Positions 1 to 11,547 are shown, counted from the first letter of the stretch. The stretch is DNA of 64,000 nucleotides from an uncultured Spirochaetota bacterium (GCA_963734495.1 CAVTHK010000009.1:224001-288000); one strand, 5' to 3'. Notes: generated by a model not told the origin, from the sequence alone. Program-made: numbers and translations.

Positions 1-5
1 TCGGC

Positions 6-869
6 GTGCTCGCGGGCTCGACGTCGGTGATCTTCAACAAGCTTTCGGCCGAGCACCCGTTGCTGCTCGCGGGCTGGAGGCAGCTCATCGCCGCGCTGGT
101 CCTGCTTCCGCTCGCGCTGCGCGACAGGCGCGCGAGCGGCCTCACTCTGGCCGCCGCTTTGCGGCGCGCCGCGCTGCCCGGACTGGTGCTGGCCGTCCAC
201 TTCATCACGTGGATCGCGGGAAGCCGGCAGACGCTGGCCGCCAACGCCGCGCTGATCGTGAACCTGGTCCCCGTCGTGATGCCCTTCCTGCTCGCGGTCG
301 CCGTGGGCGAGCGCGTGAGCGGCGGCGAGATCGGCGGCTCGCTTCTGGCTCTCGCCGGCGTCGCCGTCCTCGCCGCGTCGGACCTCAGGCTGGGACCCAC
401 GACCTGGGAAGGCGACCTGCTCTGCCTGCTCTCGATGCTGATGTACGCCGTGTACCTGGTGCTCGCCAGGCGCAACCGGTCCGGGGGCAGCGTGTGGACC
501 TACGTCGTGCCTCTCTACGCGGTCGGAGGCCTCACCTGCCTCGCCCTCGCCGTGCCCTGGGCGAGCCCCTTCAAGGCGTACGCGCCGCGGGAGGCGCTCT
601 ACATCCTCGGCCTCGCTCTCGTGCCGACCGTGATCGGGCACACGGTGCTCAATGCTTCCATGAGACGGCTGAGGGGACAGGTCGTGCCCGTGATCGGCAT
701 GGGCGAGTTCGTGTTCTCGGGGATTCTCGCCTTCTTCATCCTGGGAGAGACGCCCTCGCGAATGTTCTATGCGGCCGCGGCCCTCGTGGTCCTCGGGGCG
801 GTGATGACGGCCGTTGCCGGCGGCTCCGTGCAGGGCGCCGCCGGCGCGCCGCGCGGCTCGGGCTCGTAG
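6..869 (+). CDS. DMT/EamA family transporter (5'-truncated by window edge)
   Basis: About 10 hydrophobic segments and a two-repeat EamA pattern (LLAGWRQLIAA, GERVS, GDLLCLLS, ILGETPS). Confidence 0.85.
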   Translation: MLAGSTSVIFNKLSAEHPLLLAGWRQLIAALVLLPLALRDRRASGLTLAAALRRAALPGLVLAVHFITWIAGSRQTLAANAALIVNLVPVVMPFLLAVAVGERVSGGEIGGSLLALAGVAVLAASDLRLGPTTWEGDLLCLLSMLMYAVYLVLARRNRSGGSVWTYVVPLYAVGGLTCLALAVPWASPFKAYAPREALYILGLALVPTVIGHTVLNASMRRLRGQVVPVIGMGEFVFSGILAFFILGETPSRMFYAAAALVVLGAVMTAVAGGSVQGAAGAPRGSGS

Positions 870-893
870 AGGAGGAGGGCGCGGCCCGCTCCC

Positions 894-1721
894 ATGACGG
901 AGTTCCTGATCAAGCTCGCCGTCACGATCTTTATCGTGCTCGCCCTCGCGGAGGTATCGCGTCGCGTGAGCCCGGGGCTCGCGGGGATCCTCTCGGGGCT
1001 GCCGCTGGGCGCGGGCCTCACCATGTACTTCGTGGCGCGGGAGCAGGGGAGCGCCTTCGCCCTTGCGGCCGTGCCGTGGGGGATCCTCGGCCTCTCATCG
1101 TCGATCGTCTTTTCGCTGGCCTACCTGCTCGTCGGCCGTGTCTTGCCCGCCGACGCGCGGCGCGGGCGGCTGCCCGCGGTGCTCGCCTGCACCGCGGCGT
1201 CGCTCGCCGCGTTCTTCGTCACCGCGGCTCTCTTTCGACGGCTCGCCGTGACGCTCGCGGCGAGCCTCGCGATCACGCTCGCGGTCGGGGCCGCGAACAT
1301 GATCGTGCTCCGCAGGCTCGGCATCGCCGATTCAGGCGGCGCCGGCAAGCCCTCCGGCTATCGCTCCCTGCTCCTGCGCGCCGTGGTCGCCGGCGCCATC
1401 GTGTGCGCGATCACCGGCGCGGCTCGCGCGGTGGGCAGCGCGTGGACCGGGCTCTTCAGCGGGTTCCCCGCGATGCTCATGCCGCTCTACATCGTGCTCC
1501 ACTATGAAGACGGCGACCGCCTCTACCCGGGAATCATCCACGGCTTCGCCTGGAGCGTCAGCAACCTGGTGCTCTTCTACCTCTCGATACTGCTCTTCGT
1601 GCCCCGGCTCGGGCTGGGTCTGAGCTTCGTGGCGATCTACGCGCTGTCCGGGCTGTACCTCTGGGCACTGAACGGGTTGAGGAGGCGCGTGACGCAGGGC
1701 ACGCGGCTCGGGCGCGGGTAG
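894..1721 (+). CDS. Integral membrane protein of unknown function with internal duplication
   Basis: Hydrophobic throughout; halves share a motif (VSPGLAGILSGLP / VGSAWTGLFSGFP); AGGAGG upstream. Confidence 0.75.
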   Translation: MTEFLIKLAVTIFIVLALAEVSRRVSPGLAGILSGLPLGAGLTMYFVAREQGSAFALAAVPWGILGLSSSIVFSLAYLLVGRVLPADARRGRLPAVLACTAASLAAFFVTAALFRRLAVTLAASLAITLAVGAANMIVLRRLGIADSGGAGKPSGYRSLLLRAVVAGAIVCAITGAARAVGSAWTGLFSGFPAMLMPLYIVLHYEDGDRLYPGIIHGFAWSVSNLVLFYLSILLFVPRLGLGLSFVAIYALSGLYLWALNGLRRRVTQGTRLGRG

Positions 1722-1740
1722 CGGCCGAGCTCGCAGCCGC

Positions 1741-1773
1741 GGCCCGGCGCGGGCCCGGCGCGGGCCCGGCGCA
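1741..1773. repeat. Intergenic tandem repeat, 3 x 11 bp GGCCCGGCGC(G/A)
   Basis: Read directly: ggcccggcgcg ggcccggcgcg ggcccggcgca. Confidence 0.7.
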
Positions 1774-1811
1774 GTTGACAGGTGCGCCGCCGCGACGCAG
1801 GCTCTCGTCCC

Positions 1812-2276
1812 GTGAAGCCCATCAGAAACTCCCTCAAGGCGATCGTCATCCGCGACGGGAAGCTGCTGGTCATCGGCAAGGAAGACACGAACGGCATGTA
1901 CTATCTGCTGCCGGGCGGCGGGCAGCTGCCGGGCGAGTGCTTCCGCGAGACGCTGGAGCGCGAGTGCCGCGAGGAGATCGGGGCCTCGGTGACCATGGGC
2001 CCGCTTCGATTCATCCGCGAGTACATCGGCAGGAACCACGAGTTCGCGGCCTTCGATGGCGACGTCCACCAGGTTGACCTGATGTTCGCCTGCGACCTTG
2101 TCGGCGACTACGCGGAACCCGCGAGCGGGCACGAGCCGGACACAGGTCAGGTGGGCGTCTACTGGCTGGAGCTCGAAAGGCTCATGGACTATCGGCTGTA
2201 CCCGATGGCGCTGCGGCCTCTCCTGATGGACAGGGAAGGGCCCGCGCCTCCCATCTATCTCGGCGACGTGAACTGA
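1812..2276 (+). CDS. NUDIX hydrolase
   Basis: Nudix box GGGQLPGECFRETLERECREEIG; GTG start at 1812 inferred. Confidence 0.9.
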   Translation: MKPIRNSLKAIVIRDGKLLVIGKEDTNGMYYLLPGGGQLPGECFRETLERECREEIGASVTMGPLRFIREYIGRNHEFAAFDGDVHQVDLMFACDLVGDYAEPASGHEPDTGQVGVYWLELERLMDYRLYPMALRPLLMDREGPAPPIYLGDVN

Positions 2277-2303
2277 GGGAGCGCGGCCTTCCGGCCCTGC
2301 CCC

Positions 2304-3438
2304 TTACAGCCAGCCGGTGGCGCGCGCGAGCAGTCCCGTGTAGCGCACAAAGTCGGGCCAGGAGACGTCGGCCGGCACCCCGTGGTCGCACGAGGGGATG
2401 TAGCCGCCGTCCCTGATGACCGGCTCGAGCCGGGCGATCTCGTCCTCGATCGCGCGGCCGCCCCTGGCCATGGCCCTCTTGTCGACGCCGCCCTTGTACG
2501 CGATGGCGCGTCCGAATCGGCGGCGCAGAGCCGGCAGATCGTTGCCGGCGGCCGCTTCCATGGGGTCGCAAGCGTTGAGCCCCGCCTCGATCCAGAGCGG
2601 GATGAGCTCGCCCACGAAGCCGTCGGAGTCCATCGAGTAGACCGGGACGCCGGCGCCGCGCACGATCTCGCCCCACCGCCGCCAGACCGGGAGCAGGAAC
2701 TCCCGGGCCATCGCGGGCGAGATCATCGAGAACGACTTGTAGGCCATGTCTTCGCTGAGGCCGATCTCGTCGGGCACGAAGACCGCGAGCGTGTTGCGCA
2801 GGAGGCGCGCGACGTAGTCCGCCCAGAAGTCGATCATCTCGTGGAGGAACGCGGGGTCGTCGTAGAAGAGCGTGCAGAGGCGCTCGAAGCCCAGCCACTC
2901 GCGCAGCTGCCAGAAGGGACCCGAAAATCGAAGGGCGACCCAGTGCGTGCGCCCCGCGAGTCGGGCACCCAGCCTCCGCGGCGCCGGCCGGCAGCCGCGA
3001 CGGATCGTCGGCATCGTACCGCCTGCGCATCTCCTTCCAGTCCGCGCGCGACTCGACGGGACACTTGATCCATCGGCGCGTCACGAAGTCGATGGCTTCG
3101 CGAAGGTATTCAGTCGTGAACTGCGACGAGATCTCGCAGACGTTGCCCTTCCAGTCCTGGACGATCTGGGTGTCGCCCCGCCGCTCGAGCACCTTCTCCT
3201 CGAACTGCGGGATCATGCGCTCGTTGACGCGGAAGCCCGGGCCGCCCTCGGGCCAGGCGAGCGTCCCGCCCGCGAGGCGATAGGCGCGCTCGGGGATCTG
3301 CTCCGGGGCCACGTCCCGCGGCAGGCCCTGGCGGTGCCAGGCCTCGCGCGTCGATTTGCGGCCCCAGCCCGGCTCGAGCGGGACCCTGTCCGGCGAGCCG
3401 AAGCTGAGCGTCGCGCCGGTCCGCTCTCTTGGCGTCAT
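2304..3438 (-). CDS. Uroporphyrinogen decarboxylase / MtaA-CmuA family protein (apparent frameshift ~2990)
   Basis: N-term MTPRER..PDRVP; C-term EDMAYK, DSDG, GGVDK, GGYIPSCDHGVP; split across ORFs 2182..3438 and 2304..3014. Confidence 0.85.
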
Positions 3439-3490
3439 GCCGGCGAGGCTAACATCCCGCGAGGAAGCGGCGCAACGGCCGGCAACCGGG

Positions 3491-4407
3491 TCATCGGACG
3501 ACCGCCGGCGCGATCTCCCGCGGTCCGCCGGCGTCGATCAGCGCGGCGGGCTTTGCGCGATCCGACGTGCTCGCGCACCAGGGCCGCTGATCGCGGTCGA
3601 TCGCGAGCACGGTGACCATGCTGCCGGGGAGGCGTCCGCTCTGCGGGCAGGTCGCGGAGGGCCCAGGCGCAGGCCTCCTCCACGCCGCGGCCCATCTCCA
3701 TCTGCAGCACGATGGCTCGCGCGGTGGAGGCGCGGATCGTGAGCTCCCCGTGGCCGACGCACGCCGCGGCGCCGAAGCGGTTGTCGCAGTAGTTGCCCGC
3801 GCCCGGCGATCGGCGAGTCGCCCACGCGGCCGGGATATTTCCACGCCCACCCGCTGGTGCTCACGGCGCTCGCAAAGTCGCCGCGAGCGTCGACGCCGAT
3901 CACGTCGACCGTTCCGGCGGCGCGCGACGCGTCCTCGAGCAGGAGCGCGTGCCGCGCCATCCGCTCGCGGGCGAGCAGAGCCGGGACCTCGCCTTCGGGT
4001 ACGGTCGCGGCGAGGCGCGCCTTCCATGCGGCGGCAGCTTCCGCGGTCAGCAGGTCTTCCTCAGCGAAGCCCATTTCGCGCGCGAAATCCTCGGCCCCCC
4101 TGCCCACGAGCAGGACGTGGGGCAGATGCTCCATGACGCGGCGCGCGACGGAGATCGGGTGGCCGTATCGTCGGACGGCGGCCACGGCCCCGCAGGCGCG
4201 GGTGCGGCCGTCCATGATGCTGGCGTCGAGCTCGACTTCGCCGGCGAGGTTCGGAAAGCCGCCGATGCCGACGCTGTGCTCGGCAAGGTCCGCCTCGACC
4301 TCGCGCGCGACCGCTTCGACCGCGTCGAGGGCCCTGCCGCCGCCGAGGAGGACGCGCCAGCCGGCCTGCAGGTAACCGCGCGCGTTGTGGGTGCCCGCTA
4401 TGATCAT
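3491..4407 (-). CDS. Isoaspartyl peptidase / N4-(beta-GlcNAc)-asparaginase family Ntn-hydrolase (two apparent frameshifts)
   Basis: ALDAVE, SVGIGGFPN, ELDASIMDG, nucleophile GTV, STSG..KYPGRVGDSPI; C-term continues in other frames. Confidence 0.85.
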
Positions 4408-4657
4408 CGCTGCCCTCCGGAGAGCGCACTCGATCATGCACGGAGCGCCCATGGCCGCCAAGCGGGTCGCTCCGGACGGGGGCGCGGCGCGGCCGGTGAG
4501 CCTTCACCATTTCACTTCACCATGGCCCCCTTGCCCCGCCCTGACGACATCCCTGTCTGGGCGGGGCCCGGGCCCTCCCTGGCCCTTGACTTGGCGGAGA
4601 AAGGCGTCGAGTATCGGGGCAGTCTTTGCGGTGCGCCGTCCGCTCAAGGAGGCTGTG

Positions 4658-5059
4658 ATGGGGGGTGAAGTCGTCGTCCATGCCCTCCTGTGCGCCGACC
4701 GGGTGATCGTCGAGAACAACGGGAAGAAGGGCGTCATCGGCGTCTTCGACCGCCTCGCCCTGCCCAAGCTTCCCGCGCAGTCGCCTCCCTGGTTCATCTT
4801 CGCCCAGCTCGCCAACATCACGGGAAAGCACTCCGTCGTGTTCAACCTCGTCAACGACGAGACGACCGAGGTGGCATTCTCGGTGTCCGGCGACGTCGAC
4901 GTGCCGGAGGACAAGGACACCGTCGACCTGCACATCATGGTGGGCGGGTTCCGGATCGCCCGCTACGGCAGGTACAACCTCCTGATGAACGTGGACGGCA
5001 GCATCGCGCACGGACGGACGCTCCACGTCGTCAATCCCGCCCCCGAAACGAGCCAGTGA
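4658..5059 (+). CDS. Small beta-rich hypothetical protein (DUF6941-like)
   Basis: AAGGAGG RBS; LLCADRVI..NGK..VIGVFD and GRYNLL pattern. Confidence 0.65.
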   Translation: MGGEVVVHALLCADRVIVENNGKKGVIGVFDRLALPKLPAQSPPWFIFAQLANITGKHSVVFNLVNDETTEVAFSVSGDVDVPEDKDTVDLHIMVGGFRIARYGRYNLLMNVDGSIAHGRTLHVVNPAPETSQ

Positions 5060-5143
5060 CCGTCGCGGCCGCCCGCGCCGCCTGATCCGCACAGTTCGAA
5101 GCGCCGGACGCCGCCGCGCCATTGAAACCGGTGGGAGGGTCGC

Positions 5144-5812
5144 GTGGCGGAGGCTCGCGCCTTTGTCCGGGACTTGCCGCGGGTCGACAGGCCGCGTGAG
5201 AAGCTGCTGGGACGCGGACCGGCGGCGCTGAGCAGCGCGGAGCTGATCGCCCTGATGCTGCGCTCGGGAAGCCGGGGGCAGGGCGTGCTCGCGGCGGCCG
5301 ACGCGGTCGCGGCGCTGCTGGACGGGCCGGAGCCGGTGGACGGCGCCAGGCTGCAGGCGATCCCCGGCGTCGGCGTTGCGGGAGCGTGCAGCGTGATGGC
5401 CGGGCTCGAGCTCGGCCGCCGGCTGGTCGCGAGCCGCGGCCCCAGGATGCGCCAGCCGGCCGACGTGGTGGCGCTGCTCGGCCGGTTGCGCTCGCTCAGG
5501 CAGGAGCAGTTCGTCGTGCTCACGGCGGACGGCGACGGGCACCTGCTGCGCAGGCAGACGGTGTTCGTCGGGACGCTCGATCGCTGCCTCGTGCATCCCC
5601 GCGAAGTCTTCGCCGAGGCGATCGCGGACAGGGCGGCGTCGCTGTTCCTCGCGCACAACCACCCGTCGGGCAACGAGCAGCCGAGCGACGACGATATCGC
5701 GGTGACGCGGCGGCTGGTCGAGGTCGGGGAGGTGATGGGGATCCAGGTGCGCGACCACCTGATCGTGACGCGGGGCTCCTACTACAGTTTCCGCGAGCAC
5801 GAGCTGCTGTAG
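5144..5812 (+). CDS. radC: RadC family JAB-domain protein
   Basis: RPREKLL..G..ALS..ELIA, VHPREVF, AHNHPSG, PSDDD, DHLIV. Confidence 0.95.
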   Translation: MAEARAFVRDLPRVDRPREKLLGRGPAALSSAELIALMLRSGSRGQGVLAAADAVAALLDGPEPVDGARLQAIPGVGVAGACSVMAGLELGRRLVASRGPRMRQPADVVALLGRLRSLRQEQFVVLTADGDGHLLRRQTVFVGTLDRCLVHPREVFAEAIADRAASLFLAHNHPSGNEQPSDDDIAVTRRLVEVGEVMGIQVRDHLIVTRGSYYSFREHELL

Positions 5813-5870
5813 CGGTGCCGCCCGGGCCTGCACCGCGGGCCGGCGGCGTGCTAAACTGCGTCGCAGCGTC

Positions 5871-6284
5871 ATGAACCGCACAGCGCTCGTGTCCGCGATC
5901 GAAGAAAGCGTCCGCCTCTCTTTTGCCCGCTCGGGCGGGCCCGGCGGGCAGAACGTCAACCGCCGCGCGACCAAGGCCACGGCGCGCCTCCGGGTAGGCA
6001 GCCTGGCCTTCCTGAGCGAGGAGCAGCGGGCCCGCGTCCGGGCCCGCCTCGCGTCACGCATCAACCTGGAGGACGAGATCGTCGTTCAGGTTTCGGAGGA
6101 GCGGCAGCAGCTCGCCAACCGCCGGACCGCCGTCGAACGGCTGGCGCAGCTGCTCGACGGCGCGCTGCGCGTGCCCCGCCGGCGCAAGCCGACTCGGCCG
6201 AGCATGGCGTCGCGCCGGCGGCGCCTCGAGGAGAAGAAGCGGCGAGGGGAAGCCAAGAGGCGACGCAGCGCCCTCGACGAGTAG
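5871..6284 (+). CDS. arfB: Alternative ribosome-rescue peptidyl-tRNA hydrolase ArfB
   Basis: RSGGPGGQNVN (GGQ motif), Q..NR and basic tail RKPTRPS...RRLEEKKRR. Confidence 0.93.
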   Translation: MNRTALVSAIEESVRLSFARSGGPGGQNVNRRATKATARLRVGSLAFLSEEQRARVRARLASRINLEDEIVVQVSEERQQLANRRTAVERLAQLLDGALRVPRRRKPTRPSMASRRRRLEEKKRRGEAKRRRSALDE

Positions 6285-6286
6285 GC

Positions 6287-6302
6287 CGGGCGCGGTCCGC
6301 CG
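6287..6302 (+). repeat. REP-like dispersed element CGGGCGCGGTCCGCCG, copy 1
   Basis: Identical 16-mer at 15274 and 56816; lies just after the arfB stop. Confidence 0.6.
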
Positions 6303-6320
6303 TACGCAGGCCGGGCGCGC

Positions 6321-7788
6321 CTACGAGACCTCGGGCAGCGTCGGCGGCTCCCGCCTGAGCGTCGCCTGCTCCAGGCCAAAGGCGAGGCGGATCAGCGTCG
6401 GCTCGCTCCACGCGGGACCGGTGAGCGTGACCCCGTAAGGGGCGCGCCCCCGCGGGCTGGCCCAGAATCCGGCCGGCACCGTGACGGAGGGATAGCCCGC
6501 CCTGGCCGCGATGGCGCACCCCTCGATGCCGGGAAAGAGCACCGCGTCCAGGTGGTGCGTCTCGAAGACCGCGTCCAGGCCGTGCGTGCGGCAGAGCCGA
6601 AGGTCGCGCAGCCGCGCCTCGATGTACTCGGGCTCGAGGAGGCTTCCCGACGTCAGCCTCTCGGCGCGGACGAGCACCGTCTGCCCGTAGCGCAGGCAGC
6701 GTCGCTTGTTCGCACGGTTGAAGGCGACGATGTCGGCGAGCGAGCGGACGGGCGCGGTCTCGCCGAGCTCCGCCAGGTAAGCGTTGATGGCGGACTTGAA
6801 CTCGTAGAGCATGACGTCCGGCCTCGTCCCCTGGGCCGCGGTCGGGATGTCCGCGGGGTCGACGACGATCGCGCCCTCGTCCCGCAGCGTCCCGACCATC
6901 TCTTCCACCAGCGCCCTCTGCCCGCTGGCGATCCGGTCGAAGAAGACCAGGCGCGGCACGCCGATGCGCGCGCCCGCCAGGCCGCCGGGGGCGCAGCAGC
7001 TCGCGTAGTCCTGCGGGATGAGCCCCTCGGCCGCGCCGGTGGCCGGGTCGCGCGGGTCGGGGCCGGCGAGGGCGCCGAGCAGCGCGGCCGCGTCCGCCGC
7101 GGTGCGCGCGATCGGGCCCGCCGTGTCCTGGCTGTAGGATATCGGGACGATCCCCGAACGGCTCACGAGCCCGACGGTCGGTTTGATGCCCACCACCGCG
7201 TTCGCGCACGCCGGGCTGAGGATCGATCCCGAGGTCTCGGTCCCCACCGCGGCGGCGCACAGGCTGGCGGCCGCGGCCACCGCGGACCCCGAGCTCGATC
7301 CGCCGGGGTCGAGCCGGCCCGGGCCGTAGGGGTTGAGCACCTGGCCCCCGCGCGAGCTGTAGCCGCCCGGCATGTCCTTCGCCATGAAGTTGGCGAGCTC
7401 CGTCAGGTTGGCCTTGGCGAGGATCACGGCGCCCGCGGCCCGCAGTCGGGCCACGAGACCCGCGTCGCGCCGCGCGTACGAGCCCGCCAGCGCGAGGGCG
7501 CCCGCGCTCGTGTGCATGCGGTCCGCGGTATCGATGTTGTCCTTGAGCACGACGGGGATTCCGTGCAGCGGTCCGCGCGTCCCGGCCGAGCGCGCGCTCG
7601 CGGTCGAGGGTGTCGGCGATCGCCGGCGCATCCGGGTTGAGCTCGATCAGCGAGCGCAGGCAGGGCCCGCCCCTGTCGAGGGCGGCGATGCGCCGCATGT
7701 AGCCGAGCACCAGCTCGCGCGAAGTGGTCTCCCCGGCAGCCATCGCCCGCGCCATCTCCGCGATGGTCGCCTCGTCGAGGCGGAACAT
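6321..7788 (-). CDS. Amidase signature family enzyme (apparent frameshift ~7600)
   Basis: [38 protein letters not shown]-term MFRLDEATI in another frame. Confidence 0.9.
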
Positions 7789-7983
7789 GGACCCTCCCGC
7801 GCGGTCAGGCCTTCCGCGGGCGCGTGGAACGATGCGGCGCCGGTTCGCGTGGCCCGAGGGCGTCGACTGACCGTACCGCAGCGGCCGCCGCCTGACAAGA
7901 CGCGCGCGTCAGGAGCCGGGGACCGCGCAGCCCCCTCGTGACAACAGGCGGCGTCGGGAGTAGAGTGGTGCGAGGAGGAGAGC

Positions 7984-8913
7984 TTGTCCACCGCGGCCCG
8001 CAGGGCGACCGGCGGCCTTTGGTCCAGGGTCTGGAAGGAGCGCTGGCTGTTCATCATGCTCCTGCCCGGCCTCTTGTACTTTGTCGTGTACAAGTACGTC
8101 CCCATGGCCGGCCTGGTCATGGCGTTCGAGAACTACCAGCCGCGCGCCGGCTTCTTCCGCAGCGAGTGGGTGGGCCTCAAGCACTTCGCGCGCCTGGTGG
8201 CAGAGCCGGAGTTCTGGCTGCTGTTCCGCAACACGATGCTCCTGGCCGTCTACAGCGTCGTCTTCTACTTCCCGATCCCGGTCGCGCTGGCGCTGCTGAT
8301 GAACGAGCTGCGGGTCACCGGTTTCAAGCGCCTGGTGCAGACGGTGACCTATCTCCCGCACTTCCTCTCGTGGGTCGTCGTCGTCGGGCTCACGCAGAAC
8401 CTGCTCTCCATCGATGACGGCCTGGTCAACCAGCTGTTCGCCGCCGTGGGCGGGCAGAAGATCAACTACCTCATGTCGCCCGCCTGGTTCCGGCCCGTCG
8501 TCGTGATGCAGGACGTCTGGAAGGACGCCGGCTGGGGCTCGATCATCTTTCTCGCCGCGCTCGCGGGGGTGGACGTCGAGCTCTATGAATCCGCGGTCAT
8601 CGAAGGCGCCAACCGCTGGAAGCAGCTGCTCTACATCACGCTGCCTTCGATCCAGAGCACGATCGTGATCATCCTGATCCTGCGTCTCGGCCGCTTTCTC
8701 GACGTGAGGCTCGAGCAGATCCTGCTCATGGTCAACCCGCTGAACCAGGAGGTGGGGGACGTCTTCGACACGTACGTCTACGTCGCGGGGATCCTGCAGG
8801 CGCAGTTCAGCTACAGCGCCGCCGTGGGGATGTTCAAGAGCGTCGTCGGCCTCGTGATGGTCCTGGGATCGAACTGGCTGGCGAGGCGTGTGGGCGAGGA
8901 AGGCGTGTTCTAG
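7984..8913 (+). CDS. Carbohydrate ABC transporter permease (LplB-type)
   Basis: YLPHFLSWVVV, GWGSIIFLAAL, EAA loop LYESAVIEGA. Confidence 0.92.
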   Translation: MSTAARRATGGLWSRVWKERWLFIMLLPGLLYFVVYKYVPMAGLVMAFENYQPRAGFFRSEWVGLKHFARLVAEPEFWLLFRNTMLLAVYSVVFYFPIPVALALLMNELRVTGFKRLVQTVTYLPHFLSWVVVVGLTQNLLSIDDGLVNQLFAAVGGQKINYLMSPAWFRPVVVMQDVWKDAGWGSIIFLAALAGVDVELYESAVIEGANRWKQLLYITLPSIQSTIVIILILRLGRFLDVRLEQILLMVNPLNQEVGDVFDTYVYVAGILQAQFSYSAAVGMFKSVVGLVMVLGSNWLARRVGEEGVF

Positions 8914-9025
8914 GGATGGACCGGCTGGATTTCGAAGCGGATCTCGCGGCCTGCGGGCCGGCTCGGGCGCGGTCCGGCCGAAGCGCCGCGCGATCGGCGG
9001 GGGAAGCCCGAGAGGCTGCCGGATC

Positions 9026-9885
9026 ATGAGCATCGTGCACGACCGCTCCGTCGCAAGCCGCGCCGCGGACATCCTCATCTGGCTCGTTCTGATCCTGACG
9101 ATCGTCGTCGTCGGGGTGCCGATCCTCTACGTGCTGCAGGCTTCGTTCTCGGACAGCACGGCGATCATCCCTCGGACTGGTCGCTGGCCGCCTACCGGTA
9201 CACCATCCAGTCGCAGGCGATCTGGCGCAGCCTCGGCGTGTCGGTCTACATCACGGTGCTCGGCACGCTCATCAGCCTGGTCCTCTCGTCGCTCACGGCG
9301 TACTCTCTTTCGCATCGGGCGCTGCCCGGCCGCCGCGGTTTCCTGGCGCTCGTCGTGTTCACGATGCTCTTCAACGGCGGCATCATCCCGACGTACTTCG
9401 TGGTGCGAGCCACCGGGCTGATGAACACCCTGTGGGCGATCATGATCCCCAACGCGATCAATGCCTTCAACATGATCGTGCTGCGCAACTTTTTCCAGAA
9501 CATCCCCGAGAGCCTGCGGGAGTCCGCCAAGATCGACGGCTGCCCCGAGCCTGTGATCCTCTGGCGGATCATCGCGCCGCTGGCGCTGCCGGCTCTCGCC
9601 GCCTTTGCGCTGTTCTACGCCGTGGAGAAGTGGAATATCTATTTCAACGCCCTGCTGTATCTCTCGGACTCGCGCAAGTGGCCGGTCCAGGTGCAGCTGA
9701 GGCAGATCCTGTTCGCTCAGACCGGGCTGCTGGGCGAGTCGAGGTCCGACGAGATGATCGCGCTCACGAGCCTCAGCATCCGCTCGGCCGTCATCGTCGT
9801 TTCGACCGTGCCGATCGTGCTGGTCTACCCCTTTCTCCAGAGGCACTTCGTCAAGGGCCTCCTCGTGGGATCGATCAAAGGTTGA
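9026..9885 (+). CDS. Carbohydrate ABC transporter permease (LplC-type; apparent frameshift ~9175)
   Basis: FNGGIIPTY, ESAKIDG, YPFLQRHFVKG..GSIKG. Confidence 0.9.
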
Positions 9886-9938
9886 AGGTTTGACGCGGTC
9901 GGTATGACCGCGCGATAACTGTGGCAGGAGGAGTTTCC

Positions 9939-11424
9939 ATGAAGAAGGTCTGCGTCATCGCGGTGGTGGCGCTGGCGGCTGCGGCCGCGGCGTTCGCGAG
10001 CGGAAAGCAGGAGGCGGGGGCCGCGGCGGGCGCGCCGCTCGAAATCCGCATCCTGACCAACTGGGACGGCGCCCAGGTCCAGCAAAAGGACAACGTCGCC
10101 GAGCAGTACATCGAAAAGTACACCAACACCAAGCTGGACATGGAGTGGGTGACCGGCGGAGTGTTCGAGAACGAGATCCTGCCGGTCAAGATCGCGAGCG
10201 GCGATCTTCCCGACATGGTCGGCTTCGGCGGCAGCATCCGCCTGTCCTACATGCTGCAGGCGTTCGCCGACGGGGTGTTCTGGGACATCACGGACCTGCA
10301 TCAAGGACACCAAGTACCTCTCGCAGCTCAGCCCGACCACGATTGCGAACGCGAAGATCGACGGCAAGCTGTACGGGGTCCCGCGCAGCCGGCCGGTGGC
10401 GCGCCGCGCGTTCCCGTACCGCCGCGACTGGGGGACCAAGTTCGGGCTGTCCGAGCCCAAGACCCTGGACGAGTTCTACCGCTACCTCAAGGCCGCCACG
10501 CTGCAGGACCCGGACGGCAACGGCCAGAACGACACCTACGGGATGATGTACTTCGAGGACGTCATGTTCGGCACGGCGTTCGGGGCGCCGAATAACTGGG
10601 GCGCGGGCGACGGCAAGTTCGTCAAGGCCGAGGACACCCCCGAGTACCTCGAGGCGCTCAAGTACCTGCGCAAGATGTACCAGGAAAAGATCATCCACCC
10701 CGAGTTCCCGATCAAGAAGCGCAACGACGCGGTCGACGCCTTTGCCGCCGGCAAGATCGCGACACTCGTCTACAACACGCAGGGCATCGCCCCCACGGTG
10801 AACGGGCTCACCAGGAAGGACCCCAAGGCCGACGGCTGGGGGTTCTCCCTGCTCTCCGGACCCAAGGGCAGCTTTATCCCCGGCGAGCGCGGCTTTAACG
10901 GGATTCTCGCGATCCCGAAGAACAGCGTAAAGAGCCTCGACAAGGTCAAGGCGATGCTCGCGTTCCTCGACAAGATGAACGACCCGACCATGTCGACGTT
11001 CCTGTACTGGGGCATCGAGGGCAAGCACTACAAGGTCGTCAACGGCAAGGCGGTCGGGATCCCCGAGGGCCGCGCCGAGTACGACGAGCTGGTCGGCTAC
11101 GCTTACAAGTCGCCCCTCAAGGCGCTCCTGCCCCAGACCAACGTGATGCCGAGCGAGTTCGACCCGCTGGTCCAGCTCGGCCTGGATCTCGAGCAGTCGA
11201 ACATCAAGTACGCGGTGCCGGATCCGGCCGAGCCGCTCAACTCCAAGACCTGGATGGAGAAGGGCTCCCAGCTTACCAAGATCCTCACCGATGCCAAGAC
11301 CAAGTTCATCACCGGGCAGATCGACGAGGCCGCGTGGGCCGATCAGGTCAAGCGTTTCCGCGACAGCGGCGGGGCCCAGGTGGCCGCCGAGCTCGCCGAC
11401 GCCTATGCGAAGATGAAGAAGTAG
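9939..11424 (+). CDS. ABC transporter extracellular solute-binding protein (LplA-type; apparent frameshift ~10300)
   Basis: Signal peptide MKKVCVIAVVALAAAAAFA, IASGDLPD, DPDGNGQNDTYG, WGIEGKHY. Confidence 0.9.
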
Positions 11425-11453
11425 CAGCGCGCCCCCGAGGTGCGCGTCGAACC

Positions 11454-11488
11454 GGGACCGTCCCCCCTGGGGGGACGGTCCTTTTTTT
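11454..11488 (+). terminator. Rho-independent terminator after ABC operon
   Basis: GGACCGTCCCCC / GGGGGACGGTCC stem followed by T7. Confidence 0.9.
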
Positions 11489-11547
11489 GCGCCGACGATC
11501 GCCGGCTTCTGTCGACCTGCCGGAGCCCCCGCGGGCTCCGGCCGTCA

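Noticed and set aside
1741-1773. Short tandem repeats here and at ~28342-28390 as a CRISPR-like array
   Set aside because: No spacers, units too short, no cas genes; this is low-complexity GC sequence.
5144-5812. RadC/JAB as a sign of a mobile element or CBASS-type defence system
   Set aside because: It is a full-length chromosomal-type RadC with no E1/E2, CD-NTase or mobility genes nearby.
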